Source: an uncultured Gammaproteobacteria bacterium
GTDB lineage: Bacteria; Patescibacteriota; Microgenomatia; UBA12405
DNA length: 42,749 nt
Direction of reading: 5' to 3'
Assembly (NCBI GenBank): GCA_964428535.1
Contig: CAYRYK010000002.1
Coordinates: forward strand, 13,469-56,217
Part shown: positions 1-8,665 of the stretch, in pieces
How the letters are laid out: each line of letters starts with the position of its first letter
Position numbering within the stretch: the stretch's first letter is position 1
Program-made: the position numbers and the translations under genes
The notes under the pieces: generated by a model
Told to the model about the DNA's origin: nothing
The model's input: the letters and a program-made list of their open reading frames with translations, nothing else
The model's database searches: none

Positions 1-915
1 GCCAAAAAATATAATGGTGAATTAGTTTCCGGTGATTCCTGTCAAATTTATAAAGGCATGGATATTGGTACTGGCAAAGATCAACCAGAAGAAACACCCA
101 TTCATTTAATTGATATTATTACTCCCGATCAAAAATTTTCTGTCGCTGATTTTCAAAAAATTGGTTTAAAAACTATTAAAGAAATTCAATCACGAAATAA
201 ATTGCCTATTTTAGTTGGTTGTAGTGGTTTTTATATTGACTCATTAATTAATCCTAACTATACAACTTTTTCAGTTAAACCTCATAAAATTTGGCGTTTT
301 ATTTCTCGTCTTTGTTCCGTCAAAACTTTACAAAAAATTTATCAATTTTTAGACCCCCAAAATTTTTCTAAATTAAATCATTCCGATGTCAACAATCACT
401 ACCGTTTATCAAGAAAAATTGAAATTAAATTATTCCAAAAAAATACTAAATACTTAATACCAGATACTAAATACAATGTGTTACACATTTCTCTTATCGC
501 CCCACTCGAATTTCTTTATAAACGTATTGATGCCAGAGTTCAAAAAAGAATGGATATTGGATTTTTAGATGAAGTTAAAAAATTATTAAAAAAATATAAA
601 TGGACCGACCCTGGTATGCAAATTGGAGCTTACCAATGTCTTAAACCATATTTTGAAATTAAAAGTAATAATAAAATTTCTCCCCTTCATCAAGGGGAGA
701 TGTTGAGTAAAACGAAACAGAAGGGTTTTGATAAAAAAGATGATGAGATTTTAAACAATTGTCTTCGTGATTGGCGTTATGCCGAACACTCCGATGCCCG
801 TCGTCAAAGTTGTTGGTTCAAAACCAAATCCAGTTCTAAATTTTTTGATATCACCAAAACTGAATTCAAAAAACAAATATTCACCCTGGTTTCCCGATGG
901 TATACTAAGGTATGA
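1..915 (+). CDS. miaA: tRNA dimethylallyltransferase MiaA, 5' end cut by window edge
   Basis: Frame 1 is open from nt 1 (AKKYNGELVSGDSCQIYKGMDIGTGK...), matching the conserved MiaA Q.Y+GMDIGT.K region. C-terminal RRQ..WF motif. Carries an in-frame repeat insertion at 673-730. Confidence 0.85.
   Translation, partial: AKKYNGELVSGDSCQIYKGMDIGTGKDQPEETPIHLIDIITPDQKFSVADFQKIGLKTIKEIQSRNKLPILVGCSGFYIDSLINPNYTTFSVKPHKIWRFISRLCSVKTLQKIYQFLDPQNFSKLNHSDVNNHYRLSRKIEIKLFQKNTKYLIPDTKYNVLHISLIAPLEFLYKRIDARVQKRMDIGFLDEVKKLLKKYKWTDPGMQIGAYQCLKPYFEIKSNNKISPLHQGEMLSKTKQKGFDKKDDEILNNCLRDWRYAEHSDARRQSCWFKTKSSSKFFDITKTEFKKQIFTLVSRWYTKV
673..730 (+). repeat. Mini-repeat copy A (9-bp hairpin TCTCCCCTT/AAGGGGAGA 679-700, then AAGGGTTTTG 721-730), in-frame inside miaA
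   Basis: 31 nt at 673-703 are identical to 33222-33252. Same modular architecture as copies at 9632, 10449, 23049 and 38889. Confidence 0.85.
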
Positions 916-1886
916 TGAATAAGAAATTTGAAATTTCTAATAAAACTGTAATTTTTACTATTTTGTTTTTAGCTTCCTTATTTTTGCTTTGGCAAGTTCG
1001 TGCCCTTATTATTTTGCTTTTCATTAGTTTTGTTTTTATGGAGGCCATTAATCCGGCTATCGTTCGTTTAGAAAGAGTTAAAATCCCCAGACCTTTGGCT
1101 ATTTTAATTATCTATATTATTATTTTGGCTATTATTTCTTTTGCTGTTGCCGGTATTGTTCCTATTTTAGTTGAACAAACCACTGGTTTAGTCCAAACCC
1201 TACCTAGCACCCTTAGTAATATTCAAATTTTTGGTGCTAGTCCAGTTGATTTATCATCTCAATTTAAAATTTTAGAAAATCTTCCTGGTGGTATAGCTAA
1301 AACTGCTATTTCTTTGGTTTCCAATATTATTTCTGCTTTTGTCATTTTATTTTTAACTTTTTACTTACTTTTAGAAAAGAAAAATTTTTCTAAATACAGT
1401 CTTGAGATGTTTGGTGAAAATGGTCAGAAAAAAGCTATTGCTATTGTCGAAAGACTTGAAACTCGCCTTGGTAGCTGGGTAACCGCTGAATTTTTCCTCA
1501 TGACGATTATTGGAGCCTTATCCTACATTGCTTATTTGGCTCTAGGACTTAAGTATGCTGTTCCATTAGCTATATTTGCCGGGTTACTTGAAGCCGTTCC
1601 TTCTATCGGCCCTACAGTAGCTACATTAGTAGCTGCGTTGGTCGGGTTTACTGTCTCACCTTTAACTGGTTGTCTTACTATTGCTGCTGGGGTTGTTGTT
1701 CAACAATTAGAAAATAATATTATTGTTCCCAGAATCATGAAACAAACTGTCGGATTCAATCCATTAGTCACTATTTTACTTATCGCTGCCGGTGCCAAAC
1801 TTGGCGGTGTTGTTGGAGCTATTTTAGCTTTACCTATTTTCTTAACTATAGAAACCGTTGCCAAAGTCTTGATGAATAAAAATTAG
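912..1886 (+). CDS. AI-2E family (PerM/YhhT-like) membrane transporter
   Basis: Multi-TM protein with the family-typical ...QQLENNIIVPRIM... segment. ATGA start/stop overlap with miaA. Confidence 0.8.
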   Translation: MMNKKFEISNKTVIFTILFLASLFLLWQVRALIILLFISFVFMEAINPAIVRLERVKIPRPLAILIIYIIILAIISFAVAGIVPILVEQTTGLVQTLPSTLSNIQIFGASPVDLSSQFKILENLPGGIAKTAISLVSNIISAFVILFLTFYLLLEKKNFSKYSLEMFGENGQKKAIAIVERLETRLGSWVTAEFFLMTIIGALSYIAYLALGLKYAVPLAIFAGLLEAVPSIGPTVATLVAALVGFTVSPLTGCLTIAAGVVVQQLENNIIVPRIMKQTVGFNPLVTILLIAAGAKLGGVVGAILALPIFLTIETVAKVLMNKN

Positions 1887-1892
1887 TCCAAA

Positions 1893-2198
1893 CAAAAGCC
1901 TTCAAAGAAATTGTTAAGCCGGATTCTGTTTATGTGTCATCCATCTATTCTCTCTACCTGAGACTCTCAAAGGTTAGATATTGACATCTCAACTTGAGAT
2001 TTCCACCAGAAGGTTGCTCGTTTCATCTCGGTCTTCCGCAGCCTTTCGGCGTAGGAGACTTACTCGTCTCTGTAGCATTGCCGTTTGGTTACCCAAACCC
2101 CTACATCTTTAGGTTCTGTACCTTTTGTGGTCCGGACTTTCCTTTCTCCCCGACAAATATCGGGGGAACAGACACTTCAATTTCTCTGAAGGCTAATT
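1893..2198 (-). ncRNA. rnpB: RNase P RNA (bacterial type, reduced size, about 300 nt)
   Basis: The minus strand reads ...GAGAAAGGAAAGTCCGGACC... (CR-I-like GGAAAGUCCGG) and ...ACAGAATCCGGCTTAACAA... (CR-V-like ACAGAAnCCGGCUUA). Terminal P1 pairing AGCCTTCAGAGAAATT / AATTTCTTTGAAGGCT. Locally GC-rich and lacks a credible ORF. Confidence 0.85.
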
Positions 2199-2215
2199 TA
2201 TTTTAAAATTTTTAC

Positions 2216-2392
2216 TTATTTAAGTAAAGCTGCATCAGCGGCAGACAAGATTTTGAACATCTTGGTACCAGTTTCTGGATCAACAGTTTCAGCTGCTGGT
2301 CTACCGTTCTTAAGGGTAACTTTCTTAACTTTACTTACGTCTACTTCGACTGACTTACGTGATTTAACAGAATAAAATTTAATGGTTGGCAT
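2216..2392 (-). CDS. 58-aa basic protein, Cys-less relative of a small CxxC...CPxC zinc-ribbon family (recalled as DUF5679)
   Basis: Not in the ORF track because it is under 60 aa. Translation: ATG, then MPTIKFYSVKSRKSVEVDVSKVKKVTLKNGRPAAETVDPETGTKMFKILSAADAALLK, then TAA. Strong SD GAGGGGGTG lies 8 nt upstream. Confidence 0.6.
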   Translation of the reverse strand: MPTIKFYSVKSRKSVEVDVSKVKKVTLKNGRPAAETVDPETGTKMFKILSAADAALLK

Positions 2393-2564
2393 TTAAGCTT
2401 CACCCCCTCAAATTAACAAATAAATAGATAACAACTATCAACATAATTGAAACCAAACTTAAAATCAAGCTCTTAGTCAAATCTTTTTTGATGTATCTAT
2501 TATTTTCTTCTTGAATCATCTTTCTAAGGCCAGTATAGCACATAAACTTTGCTACAATAAAAGT

Positions 2565-2909
2565 ATGCTGTTGCTATATTTTCTTACTTTTTTAAATCTA
2601 TTTTGGCTCGGTTTTATAACTTACGGTATTTATCGTAAAAACAAATTAACTAAAGAAAATACAGTTATTCCTACTAGTAATAATCTTAAAATCAATGTCA
2701 CTCGTTATAATCCTTTTGAAGATATTGGTGGTGACCAGAGTTTCATTCTCACACTTTTAGATCAAAATAACTCAGGCGTAGTTGTTTCTTCTCTACACAA
2801 TCGTGATGTTACCCGTGTTTACGCCAAACCAATAAAAAATGGTGAAGGTGATAATATCACTTTGTCAAAAGAGGAAAAATTAGCTATAGTTAAAACTATT
2901 AAAGGTTAA
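2565..2909 (+). CDS. DUF4446-like membrane-anchored protein
   Basis: N-terminal TM helix, then ...NVTRYNPFEDIGGDQSFILTLLDQNNSGVVVSSLHNRDVTRVYAKPI... typical of DUF4446. The ATG at 2565 is preferred over the TTG at 2511 given in the track. Confidence 0.65.
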   Translation: MLLLYFLTFLNLFWLGFITYGIYRKNKLTKENTVIPTSNNLKINVTRYNPFEDIGGDQSFILTLLDQNNSGVVVSSLHNRDVTRVYAKPIKNGEGDNITLSKEEKLAIVKTIKG

Positions 2910-2916
2910 AATTTAA

Positions 2917-4173
2917 ATGAACCCCAAAATCACTAAAATATCTGGATTATTAGGTATGTTCCTAATAATTAGCGGCGTTTCTTATTTTATTTTTGACTAT
3001 TTCCTTCCAGCTAGCAGTGGTGGGTTTTTAAATTCTTTATCCAAAAAAACCGAAGATACCTCAACTTCAAATCAAACCAACAATAATACTTCAACTAACA
3101 CCTCACTTTATTCTGGTCCAAAAACAGAAGCTTGTCCTATTAATGGTCAACTTTATACCAAACAAGAAGCTGCCATCTGGGCTAAACGTCGTCCTCTTAT
3201 GGTCATGATTGAAAATCATGAAGATGCTCGTCCTCAATCTGGTTTACAAACCGCTGATATCGTTTACGAAGCTATGGCCGAAGGTGGTATTACCCGATTT
3301 ATGGGAGTATTTTACTGCGGTCAAGTTGCTGGGTCAGAAAGTTCAAAATATGATGTTGGTCCAGTTCGTTCTGCTCGTACTTATTTTCTTGACCTAGCTT
3401 CCGAATATTCTGATTACCCACTTTATAACCATGTTGGTGGTGCTAATTGTAGTGCTGCTACCGATGGTGGTCCTTGTACTACCAACAAAAAAGCCCAAGC
3501 TATCGAACAAATTGCTAGCTACGGCTGGAATGGCAAAGGTACTTGGAGTGATTTAAGTCAATTTTCTCTCTCTTACAAAGCTTGTCGTCGTGAACCAGAT
3601 CGTACCGGTGACGAAAGGGCCACTGAACACACCATGTATTGTTCTACCAAAGAACTTTGGAATATTGCTGAAACCAGAGGCTTAACCAACACTACCACTG
3701 CCAAAAACACTTCATGGGATAAAAGTTATCGTGCTTGGTTATTTAAACAAACTGACAAAGCCAGTTCTTCACCTACGGCTAACAATATCTCTTTTGATTT
3801 TTGGTCTGGTTACAAAGACTATTCAGTTAATTGGAAATATGATTCCGCCAACAATAATTATCAACGTTATAATGGCGGTGCTGCCCACATAGACTTTAAT
3901 ACTGGTAAAACCATTACTGCTAAAAATATTATTATTGAATTTGCCAAAGAAACTCGTTCGGTCGATGAACATTTGCACAATCTTTACGATGTTATTGGCA
4001 GCGGTAATGGTGTCTTAATTCAAAACGGTGAAAAAACTGAAATCACTTGGTCAAAAGCCAATCGCGTCTCTCGAACCATTTTTAAAGACAAAAGTGGTAA
4101 AGAAATTAATTTTGTTGCTGGTAATATTTGGGTAGAAATTCTCCCAATTGGCACTACTGTTTCTTACAATTAA
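2917..4173 (+). CDS. DUF3048 domain protein (YerB-like secreted/lipoprotein)
   Basis: Signal/TM anchor, then RRPLMVMIENHEDARPQSGLQTADIVYEAMAEGGITRFMGVF, the hallmark DUF3048 N-terminal block. Confidence 0.75.
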   Translation: MNPKITKISGLLGMFLIISGVSYFIFDYFLPASSGGFLNSLSKKTEDTSTSNQTNNNTSTNTSLYSGPKTEACPINGQLYTKQEAAIWAKRRPLMVMIENHEDARPQSGLQTADIVYEAMAEGGITRFMGVFYCGQVAGSESSKYDVGPVRSARTYFLDLASEYSDYPLYNHVGGANCSAATDGGPCTTNKKAQAIEQIASYGWNGKGTWSDLSQFSLSYKACRREPDRTGDERATEHTMYCSTKELWNIAETRGLTNTTTAKNTSWDKSYRAWLFKQTDKASSSPTANNISFDFWSGYKDYSVNWKYDSANNNYQRYNGGAAHIDFNTGKTITAKNIIIEFAKETRSVDEHLHNLYDVIGSGNGVLIQNGEKTEITWSKANRVSRTIFKDKSGKEINFVAGNIWVEILPIGTTVSYN

Positions 4174-4178
4174 TTTTT

Positions 4179-4772
4179 ATGAAAATTCAGAATAGCCTCA
4201 AACACCTTTTTGTTTCTCAAACCAGAATCAAAATTATTAATGTTTTGTTTTATCACCCAGGAGAAATTTTTTATGTTCGTCAATTAGTTAGACTAGTTGA
4301 CGAAGAAATAAATTCTGTCAGAAGGGAACTCGACAACCTTCAAAAAAGTGGTCTTGTTGCCTCCGAATGGCGTGGTAATCGTCTTTATTACTGGGCAGAT
4401 AAACAATCATCGTTGTTCACCAACCTTTTAATTATTGCCAATCAATCTTCCGGTCTTGGTCTTAAACTTCAAAATAAAAATGAAACCCTCGGTTCGATAA
4501 AATTGGTTTTTTATAATTACAAATTTATGACCGGCGAAAAAAGGCAGACCGATGATATCGATTTAGTTATTGTCGGTGATGTTTCTATTCGTGAAATGGA
4601 AAGTTTAATTAAGCAAGAAGAAACTGTTCGTGGTCATGAAATTAATTATATGGTCATGGGTAAGGGAGAATTTAATCTTCGTCGTCAAAAACGTGATCAA
4701 TTTATTGTTGACTTTTTCTTGAGTAATCCTGTTGCTATAATAGGAAGCTGCCAGGAAATTAATAATCTTTAA
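4179..4772 (+). CDS. Winged-helix (ArsR-like) transcriptional regulator with C-terminal nucleotidyltransferase-like segment
   Basis: TRIKIINVLFYHPGEIFYVRQLVRLVDEEINSVRRELDNLQKSGLV is a wHTH pattern. C-terminal DDIDLVIVGD. The ATG at 4179 is preferred over the overlapping upstream start in the track. Confidence 0.6.
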   Translation: MKIQNSLKHLFVSQTRIKIINVLFYHPGEIFYVRQLVRLVDEEINSVRRELDNLQKSGLVASEWRGNRLYYWADKQSSLFTNLLIIANQSSGLGLKLQNKNETLGSIKLVFYNYKFMTGEKRQTDDIDLVIVGDVSIREMESLIKQEETVRGHEINYMVMGKGEFNLRRQKRDQFIVDFFLSNPVAIIGSCQEINNL

Positions 4773-4964
4773 ATGACTCAAATCAGAAAAGTTATCAAAA
4801 CCGGCAATAGTTTAGCTATTACCATCCCATCAAAATCCATCAAGGATTTTAATATTAGGGAAGGCGACCCAGTCTCTATAAAAATTAATCATTCTAAAGC
4901 TAGTATCACTTATTTATTTTCCGGTCACCCCCGCCAATTGTCACTTATCTCCCAGCAAAAATAA
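4773..4964 (+). CDS. AbrB/MazE/SpoVT-family DNA-binding protein (63 aa)
   Basis: IKTGNSLAITIPSK swapped-hairpin motif. Its start abuts the preceding stop codon. Confidence 0.6.
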   Translation: MTQIRKVIKTGNSLAITIPSKSIKDFNIREGDPVSIKINHSKASITYLFSGHPRQLSLISQQK

Positions 4965-4966
4965 TT

Positions 4967-6343
4967 ATGACCAAAAGAAAAAAGACCATGAGAATTTTTT
5001 GGGTAATCGTTGCCCTAACTTTATTTTGTGGTCTCTTAAATTTTCCACAACAACTTCCAATTAATATTCATTTTCGTAACATCAATTGGGAACACACTCT
5101 TTATCGTCCTGATCTTTCAAAAATTGGTCCAGTTACTTTTATAAAAAATACTGAATTAAAATACGGTCTTGATTTAGCGGGAGGTTCTTCACTTCTCTTT
5201 GATATTGATACTAGTGGTGTTAGTTCTGAGAATTTACCCAAAGCTTTAGAATCACTCAAAAGCAACATCGAACGCCGAGTCAATTTATTTGGTGTTAGTG
5301 AAACCAATATCCAAATCAACAAACAACAAGATAAATATCGTCTACAAGTCGATTTACCAGGGGTTGAAAATATTAATGATGCTGTCAGTCTTATCGGTAC
5401 TACTGCAAAACTTTCTTTTAAAGGTGAAGTTGAACTTGCTCCAGAAGCTACCGCCTCTGCTACTATTTACGATCTTTTTGCCAAAGATACAGGGATTAAT
5501 GGTTCACATCTAAAAACTTCTACTGTTCAAATTAATACCAAAAATTCCCAACCAGAAGTTGGTCTTGAATTTAATGACGAAGGTTCAAAACTTTTTGCCC
5601 AAGCCACCAAAGAACTACTTAACAAAAGAATCGCTATTTTTCTCGATGATTATCCCATCACTGCCCCAGTAGTTCAAAGTGTTATTACTGATGGTAAAGC
5701 TTCCATTAGTGGTAATTTTACTTCTCAATCAGCCAAAGAACTCTCTGCTCAATTAAATGCTGGAGCCCTACCTCTATCAATTAAATTAGTTCAACAATCA
5801 CAAATTGGCGCCACTCTTGGTCAAGATTCTCTTAACAAAGGTATTTTAGCCGGTATTGTTGGTTTGGTTTTAGTTTCTCTTTTTATGATTGCTAATTATG
5901 GCAAACTTGGCTTAATTGCTGATGTTGGCCTAATTATTTATGGGCTTATCACTCTTACTCTTTATCGTCTTATCCCGGTCACTCTAAGTTTTCCTGGAAT
6001 TGTTGGTTTTATCCTTTCCATCGGTATGGCTGTCGATAGTAATATTTTAATCTTCGAAAGATTTAAAGAAGAAACCCGTAAAGGTAAAGATTGGAATATG
6101 GCTCTTGAATCAGCTTTTGGTCGTGCTTGGGATTCTATCAAAGACGCCAATACTTGTACTATCATTACTGGTTTTATTTTATTTAATCCATTCAATTGGT
6201 CATTTTTGAGCACCTCTGGTATGGTTCGCGGCTTTGCTTTAACCCTAATCTTAGGTATTTTCATTGGTATTTTTACTGGTGTCTTTGTTACCCGAAATCT
6301 CTTGCGTGTTTTTATTCATAAAAAAAATGATATTAAAAATTAA
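4967..6343 (+). CDS. secD: Protein translocase subunit SecD
   Basis: N-terminal TM and large periplasmic domain (LGLDLAGG...). C-terminal 5-TM block with GFILSIGMAVDSNILIFER. Confidence 0.9.
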   Translation: MTKRKKTMRIFWVIVALTLFCGLLNFPQQLPINIHFRNINWEHTLYRPDLSKIGPVTFIKNTELKYGLDLAGGSSLLFDIDTSGVSSENLPKALESLKSNIERRVNLFGVSETNIQINKQQDKYRLQVDLPGVENINDAVSLIGTTAKLSFKGEVELAPEATASATIYDLFAKDTGINGSHLKTSTVQINTKNSQPEVGLEFNDEGSKLFAQATKELLNKRIAIFLDDYPITAPVVQSVITDGKASISGNFTSQSAKELSAQLNAGALPLSIKLVQQSQIGATLGQDSLNKGILAGIVGLVLVSLFMIANYGKLGLIADVGLIIYGLITLTLYRLIPVTLSFPGIVGFILSIGMAVDSNILIFERFKEETRKGKDWNMALESAFGRAWDSIKDANTCTIITGFILFNPFNWSFLSTSGMVRGFALTLILGIFIGIFTGVFVTRNLLRVFIHKKNDIKN

Positions 6344-6378
6344 CTTTTCACTTTAAACTTTTAACTTTAAACTAACTT

Positions 6379-7245
6379 ATGAACGTCATGAAATTAAGAC
6401 CAGTTTTCTTTATTTTTTCAGTCACTTTATTACTGGCTTCACTTTTTTCCATTATTTTTTGGAAATTCAAATTATCCATCGATTTTACTGGTGGTACTAC
6501 TTGGGAATTAACTTTACCTAATTACTCCGAAGACAAACTAAAAGATGTTTTTACCAAAAATAATTTAGAGTTAAAAGAAGTTACTTCCTTAGGTAACCAA
6601 AACTATTCTTTAAAATTTACCGACATTAGTACCGATCAAAAAACTGCCCTAAATAAAACTCTAAAAGAAAATTTTTCTGATTATAAAGAACAAAAATTTG
6701 AATCCATCGGTCCAATTTTGGGTCGGGAATTATTAAACAAAACTATAACTGCTGTTATTCTTTCCTCATTCTTTTTATTTCTATTTATTGGTCGTCGTTT
6801 CCGTGATTTTTCTTTTGGTGCTGGAGCTGTTTTGGCCATGTTTCATGACACTTTCATTTTAGTTGGTAGTTTTTCTATTTTAGGCCATTTCTTTGGCGCT
6901 GAACTAGATTCACTTTTTGTTACTGCTTTATTAACTACTCTCTCTTCATCTGTTCATGACACTGTTGTTACTTTCGATCGTATTCGTGAACTCAAACGTC
7001 AAAGTTTTCAAAAAGATTGGGTTTCTTTGGCCAACGAAGCCGTTACTGAAACGTTAGTTAGGTCTATCAATAACTCTATGACCATTATTTTCATGTTAAC
7101 TTCACTGGTATTACTTGGTGGCACTACTACTCGTTGGTTTGCTGCTGCTCTTCTAATCGGAGTTGTTTGTGGTACTTACTCTTCCACTGGTGTAGCTATT
7201 CCCTTAGTTCTCTTTTTCAAAAACCATTCAAAAAAAAATAAATAA
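6379..7245 (+). CDS. secF: Protein translocase subunit SecF
   Basis: SIDFTGGT motif and C-terminal TM bundle with HDTFILVG...FDRIRE. Immediately follows secD. Confidence 0.9.
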   Translation: MNVMKLRPVFFIFSVTLLLASLFSIIFWKFKLSIDFTGGTTWELTLPNYSEDKLKDVFTKNNLELKEVTSLGNQNYSLKFTDISTDQKTALNKTLKENFSDYKEQKFESIGPILGRELLNKTITAVILSSFFLFLFIGRRFRDFSFGAGAVLAMFHDTFILVGSFSILGHFFGAELDSLFVTALLTTLSSSVHDTVVTFDRIRELKRQSFQKDWVSLANEAVTETLVRSINNSMTIIFMLTSLVLLGGTTTRWFAAALLIGVVCGTYSSTGVAIPLVLFFKNHSKKNK

Positions 7246-7305
7246 CTCGATTTGTAACTTCCTCTATCTTAATTTATCCTTAAACTATAAAATCATAATT
7301 AGTTT

Positions 7306-8463
7306 ATGAGTAAGTTAGTTAATCAAGTCTCTTCTCAATTCTCTGTTTTAATTCTCATGTCTTTTCTAGCTCTGTCTCTGCCTTTAGCCACTAACTTAGT
7401 TAAACAAAGTCAAGAAAATCGAAGTCGGGCAACGGACGTGAGTACTTCTAAAGTAAGTTTTAAAATAGCTTTCAAAGGGATTAAATCATCATCAAGTTGT
7501 TTGACTTCATTAAATAAAGTGACAGTGGAAGTAGCTAATGTACCAACTAATACTTATCAATCAAACATTAATACTTCTATCACTCCTATCTCGGGAGAAA
7601 CCAATAACAATGGTGATCAAGTATTCTTAGTTTCCAATCTTGCCTTAGATTCTAAATTCAATAATGTTAACAACTTTAATTACATTCGTATCAAAGGTCC
7701 TCTCCATTTAACCTCGAGAATGTGTTTAAACAATCAGAATACTAAGTTAGATGAAATTACTTCTTGTGAGATTAGTCTTAAAGACACTAACACTACTGTC
7801 TACAACTTTTCTAACTATGCTTTACTCCCAGGAGATATTAATCAAGATGGAGTAGTTAATTCTTCTGACTATTCCTTACTTAAAAACAATCTTAATACTA
7901 CTTCAGCTTGTAACCTGACTCCAGACTTAAACAAAGATGGAACAGTTAATTCAATGGATGCTAATTTACTCAAAGACTCTTTATCTACTAAGGAAGATGG
8001 GAAGATAGGAACAACTATAATTCCTACCTCAACCAAAACACCAACTCCAACTAAAACCCCTGGAACAACTAATACTCCAACTTCTACTTCTACTAAGACT
8101 CCAACACCAACTAATACACCAACACCGACACCAACAAATATTAAATATATAAACTTTTCTTTAACTTTCTATAGCTCATTACCAATCGAAAACGGTGGGT
8201 ACACTACTATGGCCTGTGGTGGAAAAATTACCGATGTCAAAAAAGTTATTTATGTCGCCAATAATGTCTATCCTTGCGGCACCAAAATATATCTTGAAGG
8301 TTATGGAATTATGACTGTCAAAGATAGGGGTGGTAAAAGTTTTGATAGTAAAACCAGACTTGATGTACTAATTCCACGTAACCCAGGTGAAAGCGACAAA
8401 GCTTATTTCAAAAGAGTAGACGATATGGGCAGACCGACCGTAAAAGGGTATCTTGTTAAATAA
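7306..8463 (+). CDS. Secreted protein: dockerin-like repeats, PT-rich linker and C-terminal 3D (MltA-like) domain
   Basis: Signal anchor. GDINQDGVVNSSDYSLLKNNL and DLNKDGTVNSMDANLLKDSL are Ca-binding dockerin-type repeats. TPTPTKTP linker. C-terminal ...ACGG...VANN.YPCGTKIYLEGYG.MTVKDRGG... resembles the 3D domain. Confidence 0.7.
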   Translation: MSKLVNQVSSQFSVLILMSFLALSLPLATNLVKQSQENRSRATDVSTSKVSFKIAFKGIKSSSSCLTSLNKVTVEVANVPTNTYQSNINTSITPISGETNNNGDQVFLVSNLALDSKFNNVNNFNYIRIKGPLHLTSRMCLNNQNTKLDEITSCEISLKDTNTTVYNFSNYALLPGDINQDGVVNSSDYSLLKNNLNTTSACNLTPDLNKDGTVNSMDANLLKDSLSTKEDGKIGTTIIPTSTKTPTPTKTPGTTNTPTSTSTKTPTPTNTPTPTPTNIKYINFSLTFYSSLPIENGGYTTMACGGKITDVKKVIYVANNVYPCGTKIYLEGYGIMTVKDRGGKSFDSKTRLDVLIPRNPGESDKAYFKRVDDMGRPTVKGYLVK

Positions 8464-8475
8464 ACGTAATCTTTA

Positions 8476-8664
8476 CTAAGCCTTAGTTTCAAACGTACTT
8501 CCTTCTTTAAGTGGTTTTTCTGGTGATTTGTCATTTTTTAATTCACTGTCAGGTTTTTGTTTCGGCTGTTCTTGACCATTTTTTGGTTTAGTTAATGAAT
8601 TCCCGACAATCCTTCTTTCAATTCGATCTACTGGCGGTACTAATTGTCCAATTTTTTCTGGCAT
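8476..8664 (-). CDS. Hypothetical small lysine/proline-rich protein (62 aa)
   Basis: ORF begins 2 nt after the cca stop on the same strand. No family recognised. Confidence 0.3.
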   Translation of the reverse strand: MPEKIGQLVPPVDRIERRIVGNSLTKPKNGQEQPKQKPDSELKNDKSPEKPLKEGSTFETKA

Positions 8665-8665
8665 T

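Noticed and set aside
1994-2206. 70-aa + strand ORF in the track
   Set aside because: It lies entirely antisense to the RNase P RNA. Its openness is explained by the GC-rich structured RNA, and it has no start context or family resemblance.
3209-3397. Short ORFs nested inside or antisense to larger genes (3209-3397, 5101-5322, 5289-5513, 5962-6264, 8595-8954, 9064-9300, 9758-9949, 10703-10888, 11154-11366, 11883-12393, 15384-15669, 16089-16289, 16958-17403, 18480-18710, 19874-20119, 20513-20695, 22699-22911, 23520-24203, 24862-25150, 27895-28173, 29156-29446, 29469-29663, 32847-33068, 33549-33740, 36630-36842, 42303-42542)
   Set aside because: All are embedded in or antisense to well-supported genes, have low-complexity AT-rich translations (F/L/I/K/N-rich) and lack start signals.
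6344-6378. Direct repeat ACTTTAAAC twice in the secD-secF spacer
   Set aside because: It is short and AT-rich, within a 35-nt spacer of low complexity, so it is probably chance or a slippage duplication without a discernible function.
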